Assembly: GCA_964411375.1 (NCBI GenBank)
Contig: CAYPKR010000001.1
Coordinates: forward strand, 238,807-302,806
DNA: 64,000 nt
Direction: 5' to 3'
Origin: an uncultured Candidatus Saccharibacteria bacterium
GTDB lineage: Bacteria; Patescibacteriota; Minisyncoccia; Phycocordibacterales; UBA12088
In this document: positions 8,140 through 17,898 of the stretch, one piece after another
Layout of the letters: each line of letters opens with the position of its first letter
Position numbering within the stretch: the first letter of the stretch is position 1
Program-made: the position numbers and the translations under genes
The notes under the pieces: generated by a model
Told to the model about the DNA's origin: nothing
The model's input: the letters and a program-made list of their open reading frames with translations, nothing else
Databases searched by the model: none

Positions 8140-9783
8140 ATGTCAGTGCAGAAAAAACGCAAATATATTTTTGTTGTAGGCGGAGTAATGTCGGGAGTAG
8201 GGAAGGGTGTCGCTTCATCGTCGATCGGTACCATTTTAAAAGGGCGGGGGTTTAGACTCACCGCCTTAAAAATTGATCCCTATATCAATGTGGACGCCGG
8301 CACCATGAATCCAACCGAGCACGGCGAAGTCTTTGTCCTCAAAGACGGTCTTGAGACCGATCAGGACATGGGCAACTACGAACGATTCCTCAATCAAAGC
8401 TTCGACAGTGGAAACTACATGACCACTGGATCGGTGTATCTCTCGGTAATCCAAAAGGAGCGCAATCTCGAATACAAAGGAAAAAATGTCGAGGTGGTTC
8501 CCGATATTCCGCTCGAAGTCATTAAGCGAATTGAGAATGCCGCGGAAAAAGATTCGGCGGATGTGACTATTGTTGAAATTGGCGGCACGGTCGGTGAATA
8601 TCAAAACATTCTCTTTCTCGAGGCGGCGCGCATGATGAAATCCAAATACCCGAGTGATGTCGCCGTCGTCCTCGTCTCCTATCTGCCGGTTCCGGGATCA
8701 ATCGGTGAAATGAAAACAAAGCCCACGCAGTATGCGGCGCGCACATTAAACAGCGCTGGCGTATTTGCCGACCTCATCATTGCTCGCGCTCCAGTTGCGC
8801 TCGATGAAAAGCGAAAGGAAAAAATCGCAATCTTCTGTAACGTGAAGAAAGAACATGTCATCTCCGCTCCTGATGTTGATTCGATCTATGATGTGCCACT
8901 CAATTTTGAAAAAGACAATCTCGGTGCAATGCTTTGCCATATTCTAGATTTGCCAAATGGTAAACCAACTAATCTCAAAGAATGGGAAGGATTCGTAAAG
9001 CGTGCGAAGGGCACAAAAGGGGAAGTGAAAATTGCAATTGCAGGAAAATATTTTAAATCTGGCGAATTTGTCCTATCGGACGTGTATATTTCGGTTATTG
9101 AATCCTTGAAGTTTTCCGCATATGCAGCAGGCGTAAAGCCAGTCATTACCTATTTGAACGCAAAGGATTTTGAAAATCCAAAAGCGGATTTCTCCGTGCT
9201 CAAAAAATATGACGGTATTTTGGTTCCCGGTGGATTTGGCGAAACTGCGGTTGAAGGAAAAATAAACATAATCAGCTACGCGAGAAAGAATAAGATTCCA
9301 TATTTTGGACTCTGTTACGGCATGCAGCTCATGGTTGTCGAATATGCAAGAAATGTGCTCGGTCTCAAAGATGCAAACACGACGGAAATAAATCAGAAAG
9401 CAAAAGATCCGGTAATCGACATCATGCCAGAGCAGAAAGAAAAAATGGCGAAGAAAGAATACGGCGGCTCCATGCGGCTCGGCACTTATACCGCGAATCT
9501 TCAAAAGGGGACTATCGCCGAAAAAGCGTACAAAGCATCAAAAGTCGACGAGCGCCATCGCCATCGATTTGAAGTCAGTCCAGAATATGTCGAGCGTATC
9601 GAGAAAGGGGGATTAGTGTTTTCGGGCAAGAGTCCGAACGGAGTGCTTATGGAAATAGCCGAACTTCCTGAGAAAGAACATCCATTTTTCCTCGGGACGC
9701 AGTTTCATCCCGAATTCCTCGGTCGTCCGCTTTCACCGCACCCGCTCTTTAGTGCGTTTGTCAGAGCAGCATTGAAAAAATAA
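8140..9783 (+). CDS. pyrG: CTP synthase
   Basis: GGVMSGVGKG, KIDPYINVDAGTMNP.EHGE, GLCYGMQ, QFHPE. Confidence 0.98.
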   Translation: MSVQKKRKYIFVVGGVMSGVGKGVASSSIGTILKGRGFRLTALKIDPYINVDAGTMNPTEHGEVFVLKDGLETDQDMGNYERFLNQSFDSGNYMTTGSVYLSVIQKERNLEYKGKNVEVVPDIPLEVIKRIENAAEKDSADVTIVEIGGTVGEYQNILFLEAARMMKSKYPSDVAVVLVSYLPVPGSIGEMKTKPTQYAARTLNSAGVFADLIIARAPVALDEKRKEKIAIFCNVKKEHVISAPDVDSIYDVPLNFEKDNLGAMLCHILDLPNGKPTNLKEWEGFVKRAKGTKGEVKIAIAGKYFKSGEFVLSDVYISVIESLKFSAYAAGVKPVITYLNAKDFENPKADFSVLKKYDGILVPGGFGETAVEGKINIISYARKNKIPYFGLCYGMQLMVVEYARNVLGLKDANTTEINQKAKDPVIDIMPEQKEKMAKKEYGGSMRLGTYTANLQKGTIAEKAYKASKVDERHRHRFEVSPEYVERIEKGGLVFSGKSPNGVLMEIAELPEKEHPFFLGTQFHPEFLGRPLSPHPLFSAFVRAALKK

Positions 9784-9794
9784 ATTAAAATATT

Positions 9795-10565
9795 ATGGGA
9801 GGTCCTGAATCAATACCTAAGAACCCTGCCGAAATAGACCAAGCCGAAACGGAATCCCTTGCGGCCGAAACCGAAGAAGTATTGGCGACAGTGCATGCAT
9901 TGTCTGAACCTGGTGCGGTATTGAACGGTGATGTACTAATGCGTCTGGAACAACTTGCGCATCAAGGAAGTCATGCGCTCGAGGTGGGTCATTATGAGCA
10001 TGGTATCGTTCCTCGTCTTGAAGATCTTGAGAATGGCTCGGCATTTATTGTTTCAAAACTTGAAGATGCGCTTCATGACGCTGATTCCCTTGAGACTGAA
10101 TCAATTCAAAAATTGATCGCTTTTTTCAAGGGACGTCCAGAACAATTACGATACGCAATTTTTTCCTATGCCGACAGCGTTGCACGTTTCTATCGAATTA
10201 GTCGAAGCCGTAGCATGATGGACAATGAAGATTTTTTAAAACAAATGAAAGTGATCGATCAAACTCGTCGAAGGAGGCACGACAGCCTGCTCGATTCTCT
10301 TGCCGGATATTCGCAACAAATCTCATCCTTGATCCAGGACGGATACTTGGAACGGGAAGATGTTGCATGGTTTGATTTTAAAATTTCTGACAGCACCGAT
10401 TCTAGCGGGGAAGAGAATGCTCCGCATAGACCAGTTCTCGCCTTTTCAAGCGGGAGTATTACGGACAGAGATAGAGTGCGCAATTGGGCAGTCGCGCTGG
10501 ATGTGGTTGAAAACATCCGCGAGCAAGAACGTCTCTTAGAAGAAAGAAAAGAAATGAACAGATAA
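9795..10565 (+). CDS. Hypothetical acidic helical protein
   Basis: 256-aa ORF co-oriented with pyrG; D.TRRRRHDSL motif. Confidence 0.65.
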   Translation: MGGPESIPKNPAEIDQAETESLAAETEEVLATVHALSEPGAVLNGDVLMRLEQLAHQGSHALEVGHYEHGIVPRLEDLENGSAFIVSKLEDALHDADSLETESIQKLIAFFKGRPEQLRYAIFSYADSVARFYRISRSRSMMDNEDFLKQMKVIDQTRRRRHDSLLDSLAGYSQQISSLIQDGYLEREDVAWFDFKISDSTDSSGEENAPHRPVLAFSSGSITDRDRVRNWAVALDVVENIREQERLLEERKEMNR

Positions 10566-10587
10566 TAGAAAAAGGAGGCGATCGGTT

Positions 10588-10827
10588 TTATCCGTTCTGC
10601 CCCCTACCAAATGATGGAGTATTTTCTGCTGGTTGCCCCGACATTATTGCCGAAGCGATATTGAGTGCCGTGATACCGAGTTCTGCATCGGTCTGCAGAG
10701 ATTCAGTGACTGCACGAAGTTGGGCAAGTATTGCTCGCATGCTCTCCGTATCCTCCTGTCGAATTGCCTCGCGGTAATCGAGGCACAAGTCGCCAATTTG
10801 CTGGGCTACCGACTTCTTATCCGACAT
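10588..10827 (-). CDS. Orphan hypothetical protein
   Basis: GGAGG SD before ATG at 10827; TTGACA upstream. Confidence 0.55.
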   Translation of the reverse strand: MSDKKSVAQQIGDLCLDYREAIRQEDTESMRAILAQLRAVTESLQTDAELGITALNIASAIMSGQPAENTPSFGRGQNG

Positions 10828-10965
10828 GTCGTATCCTCCAGACAACTAGATATTCTATAGCATTCGTATAATTGAATGTCAATAGTATGCCCCCTTTGGA
10901 GAGTATAAATCTTACACAAGGTGTGATATGTTGAAAACGCGCGATTGGCGCGTTTTCTAATACAT

Positions 10966-11036
10966 TGCCGGATCGTCTAATGGTAGGACATGTGCCTCTG
11001 GAGCACAGTATCTAGGTTCGAGTCCTAGTCCGGCAG
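10966..11036 (+). tRNA. tRNA-Gln(CTG)
   Basis: TGCCGGATCGTCTAATGGTAGGAC...CT-CTG-GA...GGTTCGAGTCCTAGTCCGGCAG. Confidence 0.95.
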
Positions 11037-11058
11037 CAGCTCGTGATAATCTAAAAAT

Positions 11059-11628
11059 ATGAAGACCGCAATTCTTGTCCACGGAATGCCTTCAAAGGAA
11101 GAGTATCTTGATTTGAATGATCCATCTGCTTCAAACGGTCAGTGGTTCCCGTGGCTCCAAAAGCAACTTTCGGTTCTAGGAATTGTTGCGCAAACGCCAG
11201 AAATGCCTGAACCTTATCGGCCAAATTATGAAAATTGGAAAAAAGTATTTGAGCAATTTATCTTAGACGAAGAAACGATACTCGTTGGGCACAGTTGTGG
11301 GGGAGGTTTTCTGGTGAGATGGCTTAGTGAAAATAAGGTAAAAGTAGGGAAGGTGATCTTAGTCGCCCCATGGATTAATCCTAAGTCTACGGAAGTTGTT
11401 CCAGGCTTCTTTGATTTTATAATCGATCCAAACTTAGTCGCTAAGACCGATGAATTACACCTCTTTATTTCCTCGGACGATGAACAAGATGAATTAGATA
11501 CCGCTAGGATGATTGAAGAAAAAGTGAGTGGCGTGGAGATGCATAGATTTACTGACAAAGGACACTTTTGTATAGGTTTTAATTTACCAGACGAGCAATT
11601 TCCTGAAGTACTTGAGATTTTAAAATAG
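11059..11628 (+). CDS. RBBP9/YdeN-family alpha/beta hydrolase
   Basis: HG...WFPWL, GHSCGG nucleophile elbow, SSDD, GHF. Confidence 0.88.
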   Translation: MKTAILVHGMPSKEEYLDLNDPSASNGQWFPWLQKQLSVLGIVAQTPEMPEPYRPNYENWKKVFEQFILDEETILVGHSCGGGFLVRWLSENKVKVGKVILVAPWINPKSTEVVPGFFDFIIDPNLVAKTDELHLFISSDDEQDELDTARMIEEKVSGVEMHRFTDKGHFCIGFNLPDEQFPEVLEILK

Positions 11629-11701
11629 TTCCAACATCTCCCCATACGATCTTTTGTTGAAATCGGTTAATATAAACTATATACATAATTAATTACTATT
11701 T

Positions 11702-12067
11702 ATGGCGACATACGTAGACGGATTCGTTTTTTCAGTGCCAAAGAACAAGAGGAAGAAGTATAAGAAAATCGCCAAAGAAGCTTCCGAGGTGTGGAAGAAG
11801 TTTGGTGCACTCGAGTATAAAGAATGTCGCGCAACAGATGTAGAGCCAAAGTTCGTAAAATTTACCTTCCCTAAAATGGCGAAAACTAAGCAAGGCGAAG
11901 AAGTTTGGTTTTCATTCATTGTCTTTAAATCGAAAGCAGATCGGAAGAAAATTAACGCACAGGTTATGGATTATTTTGCCAAGAAATACCCGGGCAAGGG
12001 GATGGACATGCCATTTGATATGAAGCGGTTTGCATACGGCGGCTTTACTACCGAAATAGAAAGCTAA
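11702..12067 (+). CDS. DUF1428 (YbaA) family protein
   Basis: YVDGFV..VP, GALEY.EC, MPFDMKR..YGGF. Confidence 0.9.
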   Translation: MATYVDGFVFSVPKNKRKKYKKIAKEASEVWKKFGALEYKECRATDVEPKFVKFTFPKMAKTKQGEEVWFSFIVFKSKADRKKINAQVMDYFAKKYPGKGMDMPFDMKRFAYGGFTTEIES

Positions 12068-12157
12068 ACATCCTATGCTGCTTCGTCAAATCGCCCCAAC
12101 GGGCGATTCTTCTTTTGTTGAAACTGTATAGGACTAAATCGAGTTACCATACATACC

Positions 12158-12337
12158 ATGAAACCAATTCCACTCATCGTACTTGGCGTATTGTCTCTCA
12201 CTCTTTCGAGGTTGTCTTTTACGCTTATCAATGACCCCGAAGGTCCTAATCTTTTGATCGTCGTCGTCCTTGCGGCGATCATATACGCCGTTCTTCTTGG
12301 CGTATATTCTGTATTCTCTTCGGCGAAGGCGAGATAA
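12158..12337 (+). CDS. 59-aa two-TM membrane protein (not in ORF track)
   Basis: MKPIPLIVLG...NDPEGPNLLIVVVL...; fills the gap co-directionally. Confidence 0.65.
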   Translation: MKPIPLIVLGVLSLTLSRLSFTLINDPEGPNLLIVVVLAAIIYAVLLGVYSVFSSAKAR

Positions 12338-12404
12338 GTTAGGGTAAAGATTGAGGTTTGGCCGGATTGTACTATCTGGCTGTTTCCTTTTATATAATGG
12401 GTAT

Positions 12405-12839
12405 ATGGCAGAACTAAAAACAAAACTGAATAAGGGGAGCGTTCCAAAATTTTTGAGTACGATTAAAGACGAGCAGAAGCGCAAAGATTGTACGCTTATT
12501 TGCAAAATGATGGAGAAGGGAGCGAAAGCGAAGCCAGAAATGTGGGGCACGTCGATCGTTGGTTTCGGTCGCCGAAAATACACGTACGCAAACGGCAAAG
12601 AAGGGGAGTGGATGGTGATTGGTTTTGCACCCCGCACAGGAAATATCGCGCTCTATGGTTTGAAAGTCTTTACGATGGCCGAGGGTAAGCTGAAGGAAGA
12701 TAAAAAGGAGAATGCTCCACTTCTCAAGCTCGGCAAATATAAAGAAGGGGGCGGATGTCTTTACATCAACAAACTCGCTGACGTCGACACAAAACAGCTT
12801 GAAAAAATAATCAAACTTGCGGTTAAGCGGAAGAAATAA
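12405..12839 (+). CDS. DUF1801 (YdhG-like) protein
   Basis: MAELKT, MWGTSIVGFG, GFAPR, LGKYK.GGGCLYI. Confidence 0.88.
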   Translation: MAELKTKLNKGSVPKFLSTIKDEQKRKDCTLICKMMEKGAKAKPEMWGTSIVGFGRRKYTYANGKEGEWMVIGFAPRTGNIALYGLKVFTMAEGKLKEDKKENAPLLKLGKYKEGGGCLYINKLADVDTKQLEKIIKLAVKRKK

Positions 12840-12882
12840 GCGAATCCATCTAATAAGTATTTTATTAACTTAATGCAATCGT

Positions 12883-13269
12883 ATGATCGATCACGCCTCA
12901 GTAGCAGTAACTGATCTCGAAAAATCAAAACATTTATATGTGGCAATGCTTGCCCCGCTTGGGTATGCGCTTAAGATGGACATACCTGAATATGGGGCCG
13001 CAGGATTCGGCACCGGAGATCGTTCGGATTTTTGGATCGGAAAAGTGGAAGGAATGAAAGGCGGCGTGCATGTTGCGTTTGTTGCAGATTCGAAAGAAAT
13101 GGTTGATGCATTTTATACCGCAGGATTAGCTGGAGGAGGAGTTGATAATGGCGCTCCAGGTTACCGTGAAATGTATTCTCCCAATTACTACGGCGCATTT
13201 ATTCATGATTTTGATGGGAATAATATTGAAGCAGTATTTCGAGACCCATCGAAACCGTCAAAGCAATAA
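12883..13269 (+). CDS. VOC/glyoxalase family protein
   Basis: IDH.S..V.D, HVAF.A, DNGAPG.R, YYGAFI.D.DGNNIEAV. Confidence 0.92.
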   Translation: MIDHASVAVTDLEKSKHLYVAMLAPLGYALKMDIPEYGAAGFGTGDRSDFWIGKVEGMKGGVHVAFVADSKEMVDAFYTAGLAGGGVDNGAPGYREMYSPNYYGAFIHDFDGNNIEAVFRDPSKPSKQ

Positions 13270-13274
13270 AAGAT

Positions 13275-13874
13275 ATGAGAAAAATAATTGTCCAAGAATT
13301 TATTACTCTAGACGGCGTCATGCAGGCGCCAGGCGGACCGGATGAAGATACATCGAGTGGTTTTAAATATGGCGGTTGGACGGCACCATATTTTCACGCG
13401 GCTGATGAAGAGGCGGGGGAACTCATGGGGAAGTGGCTCAAATCCACCGATCTTCTTCTCGGGAGAAAGACATTTGATATTTTTGCTGCATATTGGCCAT
13501 CACATGCGGACATATGGCCGGGCATTATGGATGTCACTAAATACTGTGTAAGTTCCACGCTTGAGAAATCAGATTGGAAAAATTCAGTATTCCTCAAGAA
13601 TGTCGACGATATCAAAAAAATAAAAGCGGAGGGAGATGCTGATCTTCAGGTGATCGGGAGCGGCGATCTTTGCCAAACGCTATTCAGAAATGATTTGGTG
13701 GATGAGATGCGACTCATGACTTTTCCAATCACGCTCGGTCAGGGCAAGAAACTCTTTGGCGAAGGCACGATTCCTGCAGCATTCACGATAGGGGAGAGCT
13801 TGGTTACTAAAAACGGTGTGATCTTTGCGAGCTACAAACGTGCAGGAAACGTTGAAACTGGGACGGTTGGATAG
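13275..13874 (+). CDS. Dihydrofolate reductase-like (RibD C-terminal) protein
   Basis: EFITLDGVMQAPGG, LLGRKT, GSG.L, LVDE..L..FP..LG.GK.LF. Confidence 0.9.
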   Translation: MRKIIVQEFITLDGVMQAPGGPDEDTSSGFKYGGWTAPYFHAADEEAGELMGKWLKSTDLLLGRKTFDIFAAYWPSHADIWPGIMDVTKYCVSSTLEKSDWKNSVFLKNVDDIKKIKAEGDADLQVIGSGDLCQTLFRNDLVDEMRLMTFPITLGQGKKLFGEGTIPAAFTIGESLVTKNGVIFASYKRAGNVETGTVG

Positions 13875-13884
13875 TATTCAAAGC

Positions 13885-14001
13885 ATGAAAAAGAAGACTG
13901 CAAGCAAAAAAGTAACTATCTGCAGTCGTGGACATACGTTCTATAAAAGTGCGGCACAGCCGACGTGTCCTATTTGTTGGCCGGGCAGATATACGAAATA
14001 A
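13885..14001 (+). CDS. 38-aa zinc-ribbon microprotein (not in ORF track)
   Basis: [38 protein letters not shown]; CxxGH...CPxC. Confidence 0.65.
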   Translation: MKKKTASKKVTICSRGHTFYKSAAQPTCPICWPGRYTK

Positions 14002-14053
14002 CGGAACCTTCTTAAAGTGGTATAGTACCCTCATTACCCATAAACTATTCTGT

Positions 14054-14392
14054 ATGAATGATGATATTTTGGTAGTAACTACCAATGACGTACCCGGATA
14101 CGAAGTGGTCAAAGTATATGGCGAAGTATTCGGAGTGTTAGTCCGAAGTCGAAATCTCGTGAGCAATATCGGCGCAGGTCTCCAATCGATTTTTGGCGGA
14201 GAAATTGATGCCTATACAAAATTAATCAGCGATAGCCGTATCCAGGCAGTCGAACGAATGAAAAAGGCGGCGCATGAAAAGGGGGCGAACGCGATCCTCA
14301 TGATGCGATTTGATACGGGAGAAATTGGACAAACCATGAATGAAGTTGCTGCATACGGCACGGCGGTCACGATTCGCCCGCTTTCAAAGTAA
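14054..14392 (+). CDS. YbjQ/UPF0145 heavy-metal-binding family protein
   Basis: [34 protein letters not shown]. Confidence 0.92.
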   Translation: MNDDILVVTTNDVPGYEVVKVYGEVFGVLVRSRNLVSNIGAGLQSIFGGEIDAYTKLISDSRIQAVERMKKAAHEKGANAILMMRFDTGEIGQTMNEVAAYGTAVTIRPLSK

Positions 14393-14511
14393 TGAAAGAT
14401 CCTAAGAAACAATTTAGAACGGATATCAAAGAGCCGCGCTGGCAGCAATTCGTGAGTCTTCTTATAGCAGCCGGTATTTTTTCACTGTGGCTGTGGCTCG
14501 CGTTTCATTGA
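14392..14511 (+). CDS. 39-aa single-TM microprotein (not in ORF track)
   Basis: TAATG overlap with ybjQ stop; MKDPKKQF...VSLLIAAGIFSLWLWLAFH. Confidence 0.5.
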   Translation: MKDPKKQFRTDIKEPRWQQFVSLLIAAGIFSLWLWLAFH

Positions 14512-14512
14512 A

Positions 14513-14989
14513 ATGCGATATGTTGCACTGATACGAGGTATTGGTCCGGGAAACCCCAATATGCGGGGCGAAAAATTGCAGTCAGCGTTTGAGGCGCTTG
14601 GTTTCAAAAATTTGCATCCAGTCATTGCGAGCGGGAATGTCGTTTTTGATTCTGCATCGAAGAGTGCGGCAGCACTTGAGAAAAAAATCGAACAGGGTTT
14701 AGAAAAGCAACTTGGGTTTAACCGTGCGGTTATCGTGCGAAGCGAAACCGAACTCAAAAAATTAGTTTCCAAAAATCCATTTAAGGGAATCAAGGACGAG
14801 AAACCTAATTATCTTATTGTTACTTTTTTCAAAAATCCTCGCAAAGAACTGTGCTCAGTAATAGATATGAATACAACGAAGGGAACCGATATGATGGTGT
14901 CGCTCGAAAAGAAACATGGGAAAGCAATCACGACCCGCACGTGGAAAACGGTGCATCGTATTCTTACTAAATTAGAAGCAACTCGTTAG
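14513..14989 (+). CDS. DUF1697 family protein
   Basis: YVALIRGI, SGNVVF, TTRTWKTV. Confidence 0.88.
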   Translation: MRYVALIRGIGPGNPNMRGEKLQSAFEALGFKNLHPVIASGNVVFDSASKSAAALEKKIEQGLEKQLGFNRAVIVRSETELKKLVSKNPFKGIKDEKPNYLIVTFFKNPRKELCSVIDMNTTKGTDMMVSLEKKHGKAITTRTWKTVHRILTKLEATR

Positions 14990-14997
14990 CCATAGCT

Positions 14998-15336
14998 ATG
15001 CGTGTCTGGGATCTTCCACCAAAACAGTTGTGCCGAAAACATTTACTCGGCGAGCATCGCGAACTCCACGGTCTTTGGAATATTTTGACCAAACATACAG
15101 GTAAGGGCGGGTATTCAAATCATCCAGAAACAAAACGATGGGTAGGGAAAACCAAGGCGCTCTATTTGCGGCACGAAGCGCTGGTGAAAGAAATGCTACG
15201 GCGCGGATATCAGCACCATTCTCCGCTTGATAAACGGCTTGCGAAAGGGAGTAGTATTCAGCGACTCTATATCGATCATCCGACACGCCAGAGAGAATTG
15301 CTCCATAAAAAACCGTGCGACTGCGTTTTTAAATAA
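14998..15336 (+). CDS. Pyrimidine dimer DNA glycosylase (DenV-like) family protein
   Basis: MRVWD..P..L...HLLGEHRELH, HPE..RW, EM..RGY.H.SP. Confidence 0.85.
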   Translation: MRVWDLPPKQLCRKHLLGEHRELHGLWNILTKHTGKGGYSNHPETKRWVGKTKALYLRHEALVKEMLRRGYQHHSPLDKRLAKGSSIQRLYIDHPTRQRELLHKKPCDCVFK

Positions 15337-15354
15337 TGTATTAGGAATACCAGT

Positions 15355-15597
15355 ATGAAAGAAGGAACGTATTGCGAATCGTGCCTCATGCCGTTTAAGA
15401 AGGATACCGGAATCCAGGAGTCGGAAAAATATTGCTCGCTTTGTTTCAAGGACGGAAAACTCCAATATACAGGCAATGATTTGAAGGAATTTCAAAAGAT
15501 CATGTACCAATCAATGCGAAGTAGGGGAATGAACGGAATCAAGGCTCGGTTCTTTACCTATATGATCAAATTTGCGCCACGTTGGAAGAAAGCTTAG
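15355..15597 (+). CDS. Putative zinc-ribbon domain protein
   Basis: CESCLMP...YCSLCFKDG...PRW. Confidence 0.8.
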   Translation: MKEGTYCESCLMPFKKDTGIQESEKYCSLCFKDGKLQYTGNDLKEFQKIMYQSMRSRGMNGIKARFFTYMIKFAPRWKKA

Positions 15598-16094
15598 AAC
15601 TTTTTATCCGATCTCTTATAGAATGGCTCGCGCGGATTACTCTTCGCGCGTTCATCCATTTTTGCGGCGAGCCATTCGAAGTATTCATTTAAATATGGAT
15701 CGCGTTCGCGAATGGGAATTATAAACGGTTTGTATTTGTTCCACGTAAAGCTCACATAGGTGCCGAGCGTTTTGTCGACGAGATCAATATCAACAAGTCC
15801 CTCCGCAACCAGAATTCCAAGGGATTCCATCTGCTGAGAAAATTGGAGAAGCATGATGTTATCGAGACCTTTGAGTGTGCGTGCTTCTTCGCGTGTTTTG
15901 GGGAAGCGGGACGAGTTGACGAAATCCATGAGTTCGCAAAATTCGCGGGTTTGAAATGCGCGGAGCGTTCCGAGGGTGAGCTGTTCGCGGCGACTCCGTT
16001 CATTTGCTTTGACTTGCGCAATTCCGAATACGAGCGCTACAACAAATGAAAGTGCGAGGGAGACATTGGCAATAACAGTAATTATTTCAGTCAT
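15594..16094 (-). CDS. DUF4760-like protein
   Basis: N-terminal TM, ESLGILV..G.VD, EYFEWLA. Confidence 0.65.
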   Translation of the reverse strand: MTEIITVIANVSLALSFVVALVFGIAQVKANERSRREQLTLGTLRAFQTREFCELMDFVNSSRFPKTREEARTLKGLDNIMLLQFSQQMESLGILVAEGLVDIDLVDKTLGTYVSFTWNKYKPFIIPIRERDPYLNEYFEWLAAKMDERAKSNPREPFYKRSDKKF

Positions 16095-16189
16095 GCACCT
16101 ATTTTATCATTTATCGCCCTCTGGTACCCATGCTCCAACAATAGGTATAAAATACAAATCTGATCGTTATCAGTTTAGAATCTACCAAT

Positions 16190-16519
16190 ATGAAAAAATT
16201 TCTTGTTCTCTATATGGCTTCGCCGGCGTCGATTGATGAAATGATTAAAAACACTACGCCTGAACAGCGTCAGGCAGGAATGGATGCATGGACGGAGTGG
16301 ATGAATGCGCACAAAGATGTGCTTGCTGACATGGGTACACCAGTCGGCAAGAATAAGCGTGTCACGGAAGACGGCGCATCCGATGTACGAAATGATGTGT
16401 GCGGATATTCACTTGTGAATGCAGAATCCTACGATGCCGCTGTAGCACTCTTTGACGATTCTCCGCACTTCCAGATCAAAGGTGGATACATCGAGATTTT
16501 GGAATGTTTAACAATGTAG
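16190..16519 (+). CDS. YciI-like protein
   Basis: MDAW..W, D.G.P, GYSLV.A.S...A, SPH. Confidence 0.75.
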   Translation: MKKFLVLYMASPASIDEMIKNTTPEQRQAGMDAWTEWMNAHKDVLADMGTPVGKNKRVTEDGASDVRNDVCGYSLVNAESYDAAVALFDDSPHFQIKGGYIEILECLTM

Positions 16520-16620
16520 TCTATAGGAATGTCACAAAGAATACACTCCGCCAATTTCTTGGCGGAGTGTATTCTATATAGTAAGTATCTTATTTCCTGT
16601 ATCTGGGGTACAAGTAATAC

Positions 16621-17868
16621 GTGAAAAAGACAGACACTACATATGAGGTCATCGTTATCGGCGGGGGAGCTGCCGGCATGATGGCGGCTATCCGTGCAGC
16701 CGAGCATGGGAAAAAAGTATTACTCTTGGAGAAAAATAGAATTCTCGGAAAGAAACTTTCAATTTCAGGTGGCGGACGATGTAACATTACGAATGCAGAA
16801 TCTGATGTCACCGCACTCCTTTCACATTTTGGCGAGGCGAAAGAATTTCTATTCTCGAGCTTCTCTCAATTCGGGATGAAAGACACATTCACTTTTTTTG
16901 AGTCAAGAGGAATTCCAGTTGTGGTACAGGGAAGAAAGCGAGCATTTCCAGAGAGCGAAAAAGCGACCGATGTCGTTCGCGCACTTTCCGATCGTTTGAA
17001 AGAACTTGGCGTGACGATTCTTCGTGAAGCCCCCGTACAGCGAATAATTGAAAAGGCAGGTTGGATTCAGAGTGTTGTTGTCGGAGAGAAAGAATACACC
17101 GCGCATGCATATATATGTGCGGTTGGCGGCGTCTCGCATCCGGAAACTGGATCGACGGGCGATGGATTTCAGTGGCTCAAGATTCTGGGGCACACGATTG
17201 TAGAGCCGACTCCGACTATTGTTCCGCTTCGTGTAAAAGAAGCGTGGGTCAAACAGCTCGCCGGCGTGACGGTTCCAGAAATGAAAATTACTTTTTATTC
17301 AAATGGGGGGAAAAAATTTGCACGAACAGGATCCTTGTTATTCACACACGCAGGAATTTCCGGTCCGACCATTTTGAATAGTGCAGGCGCAGTTGGTGAT
17401 TTGTTGTACGAGGGAAGTGTCGATGCTTCGATTGATCTCGCGCCGAAAGAAGATTTAGGAACTTTTGACAAGCGGATTAGCGAAGTATTCGACCAAAATA
17501 AAAACAAAGCACTTAAAAATGTACTCAAAGAAATTACTCCTCCGGGAACTGCAGAAGTATTTCTCTCGCTTCTTCGTGGCATCGATCCGGAGAAAAAAGT
17601 ACACAGCGTTCTGCGGGAAGAACGCAAAATGATTGCGAAACTTCTCAAAGCGATCCCGGTCTCGATTATCGGACTTATGGGATTTGATCAGGCGGTAGTA
17701 GCGGACGGAGGCGTGCCGCTTACCGAAGTTGATACCAAAACATTCCGCTCGAAGAAGTGTCCCAACCTCTTCATTATTGGTGACCTTTTGAATATTCGTC
17801 GTCCCTCAGGCGGCTATTCTCTCCAGTTATGTTGGACTACCGGACATGTTGCTGGTAGTAATGCATGA
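16621..17868 (+). CDS. HI0933/BaiN-family flavoprotein
   Basis: GGGAAG, GKKL.ISGGGRCNITN, FTH.G.SGP, GGYSLQ..W.TG. Confidence 0.92.
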   Translation: MKKTDTTYEVIVIGGGAAGMMAAIRAAEHGKKVLLLEKNRILGKKLSISGGGRCNITNAESDVTALLSHFGEAKEFLFSSFSQFGMKDTFTFFESRGIPVVVQGRKRAFPESEKATDVVRALSDRLKELGVTILREAPVQRIIEKAGWIQSVVVGEKEYTAHAYICAVGGVSHPETGSTGDGFQWLKILGHTIVEPTPTIVPLRVKEAWVKQLAGVTVPEMKITFYSNGGKKFARTGSLLFTHAGISGPTILNSAGAVGDLLYEGSVDASIDLAPKEDLGTFDKRISEVFDQNKNKALKNVLKEITPPGTAEVFLSLLRGIDPEKKVHSVLREERKMIAKLLKAIPVSIIGLMGFDQAVVADGGVPLTEVDTKTFRSKKCPNLFIIGDLLNIRRPSGGYSLQLCWTTGHVAGSNA

Positions 17869-17898
17869 TTTTGGTAAATAAGGTACAAGTAGTAACAC

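Noticed and set aside
10966-11058. Trailer element after tRNA-Gln or tRNA-Thr(GGT)
   Set aside because: No antisense segment, core or duplicated 3' end seen; tRNA-Gln is followed after 22 nt by a CDS. The element is therefore not universal.
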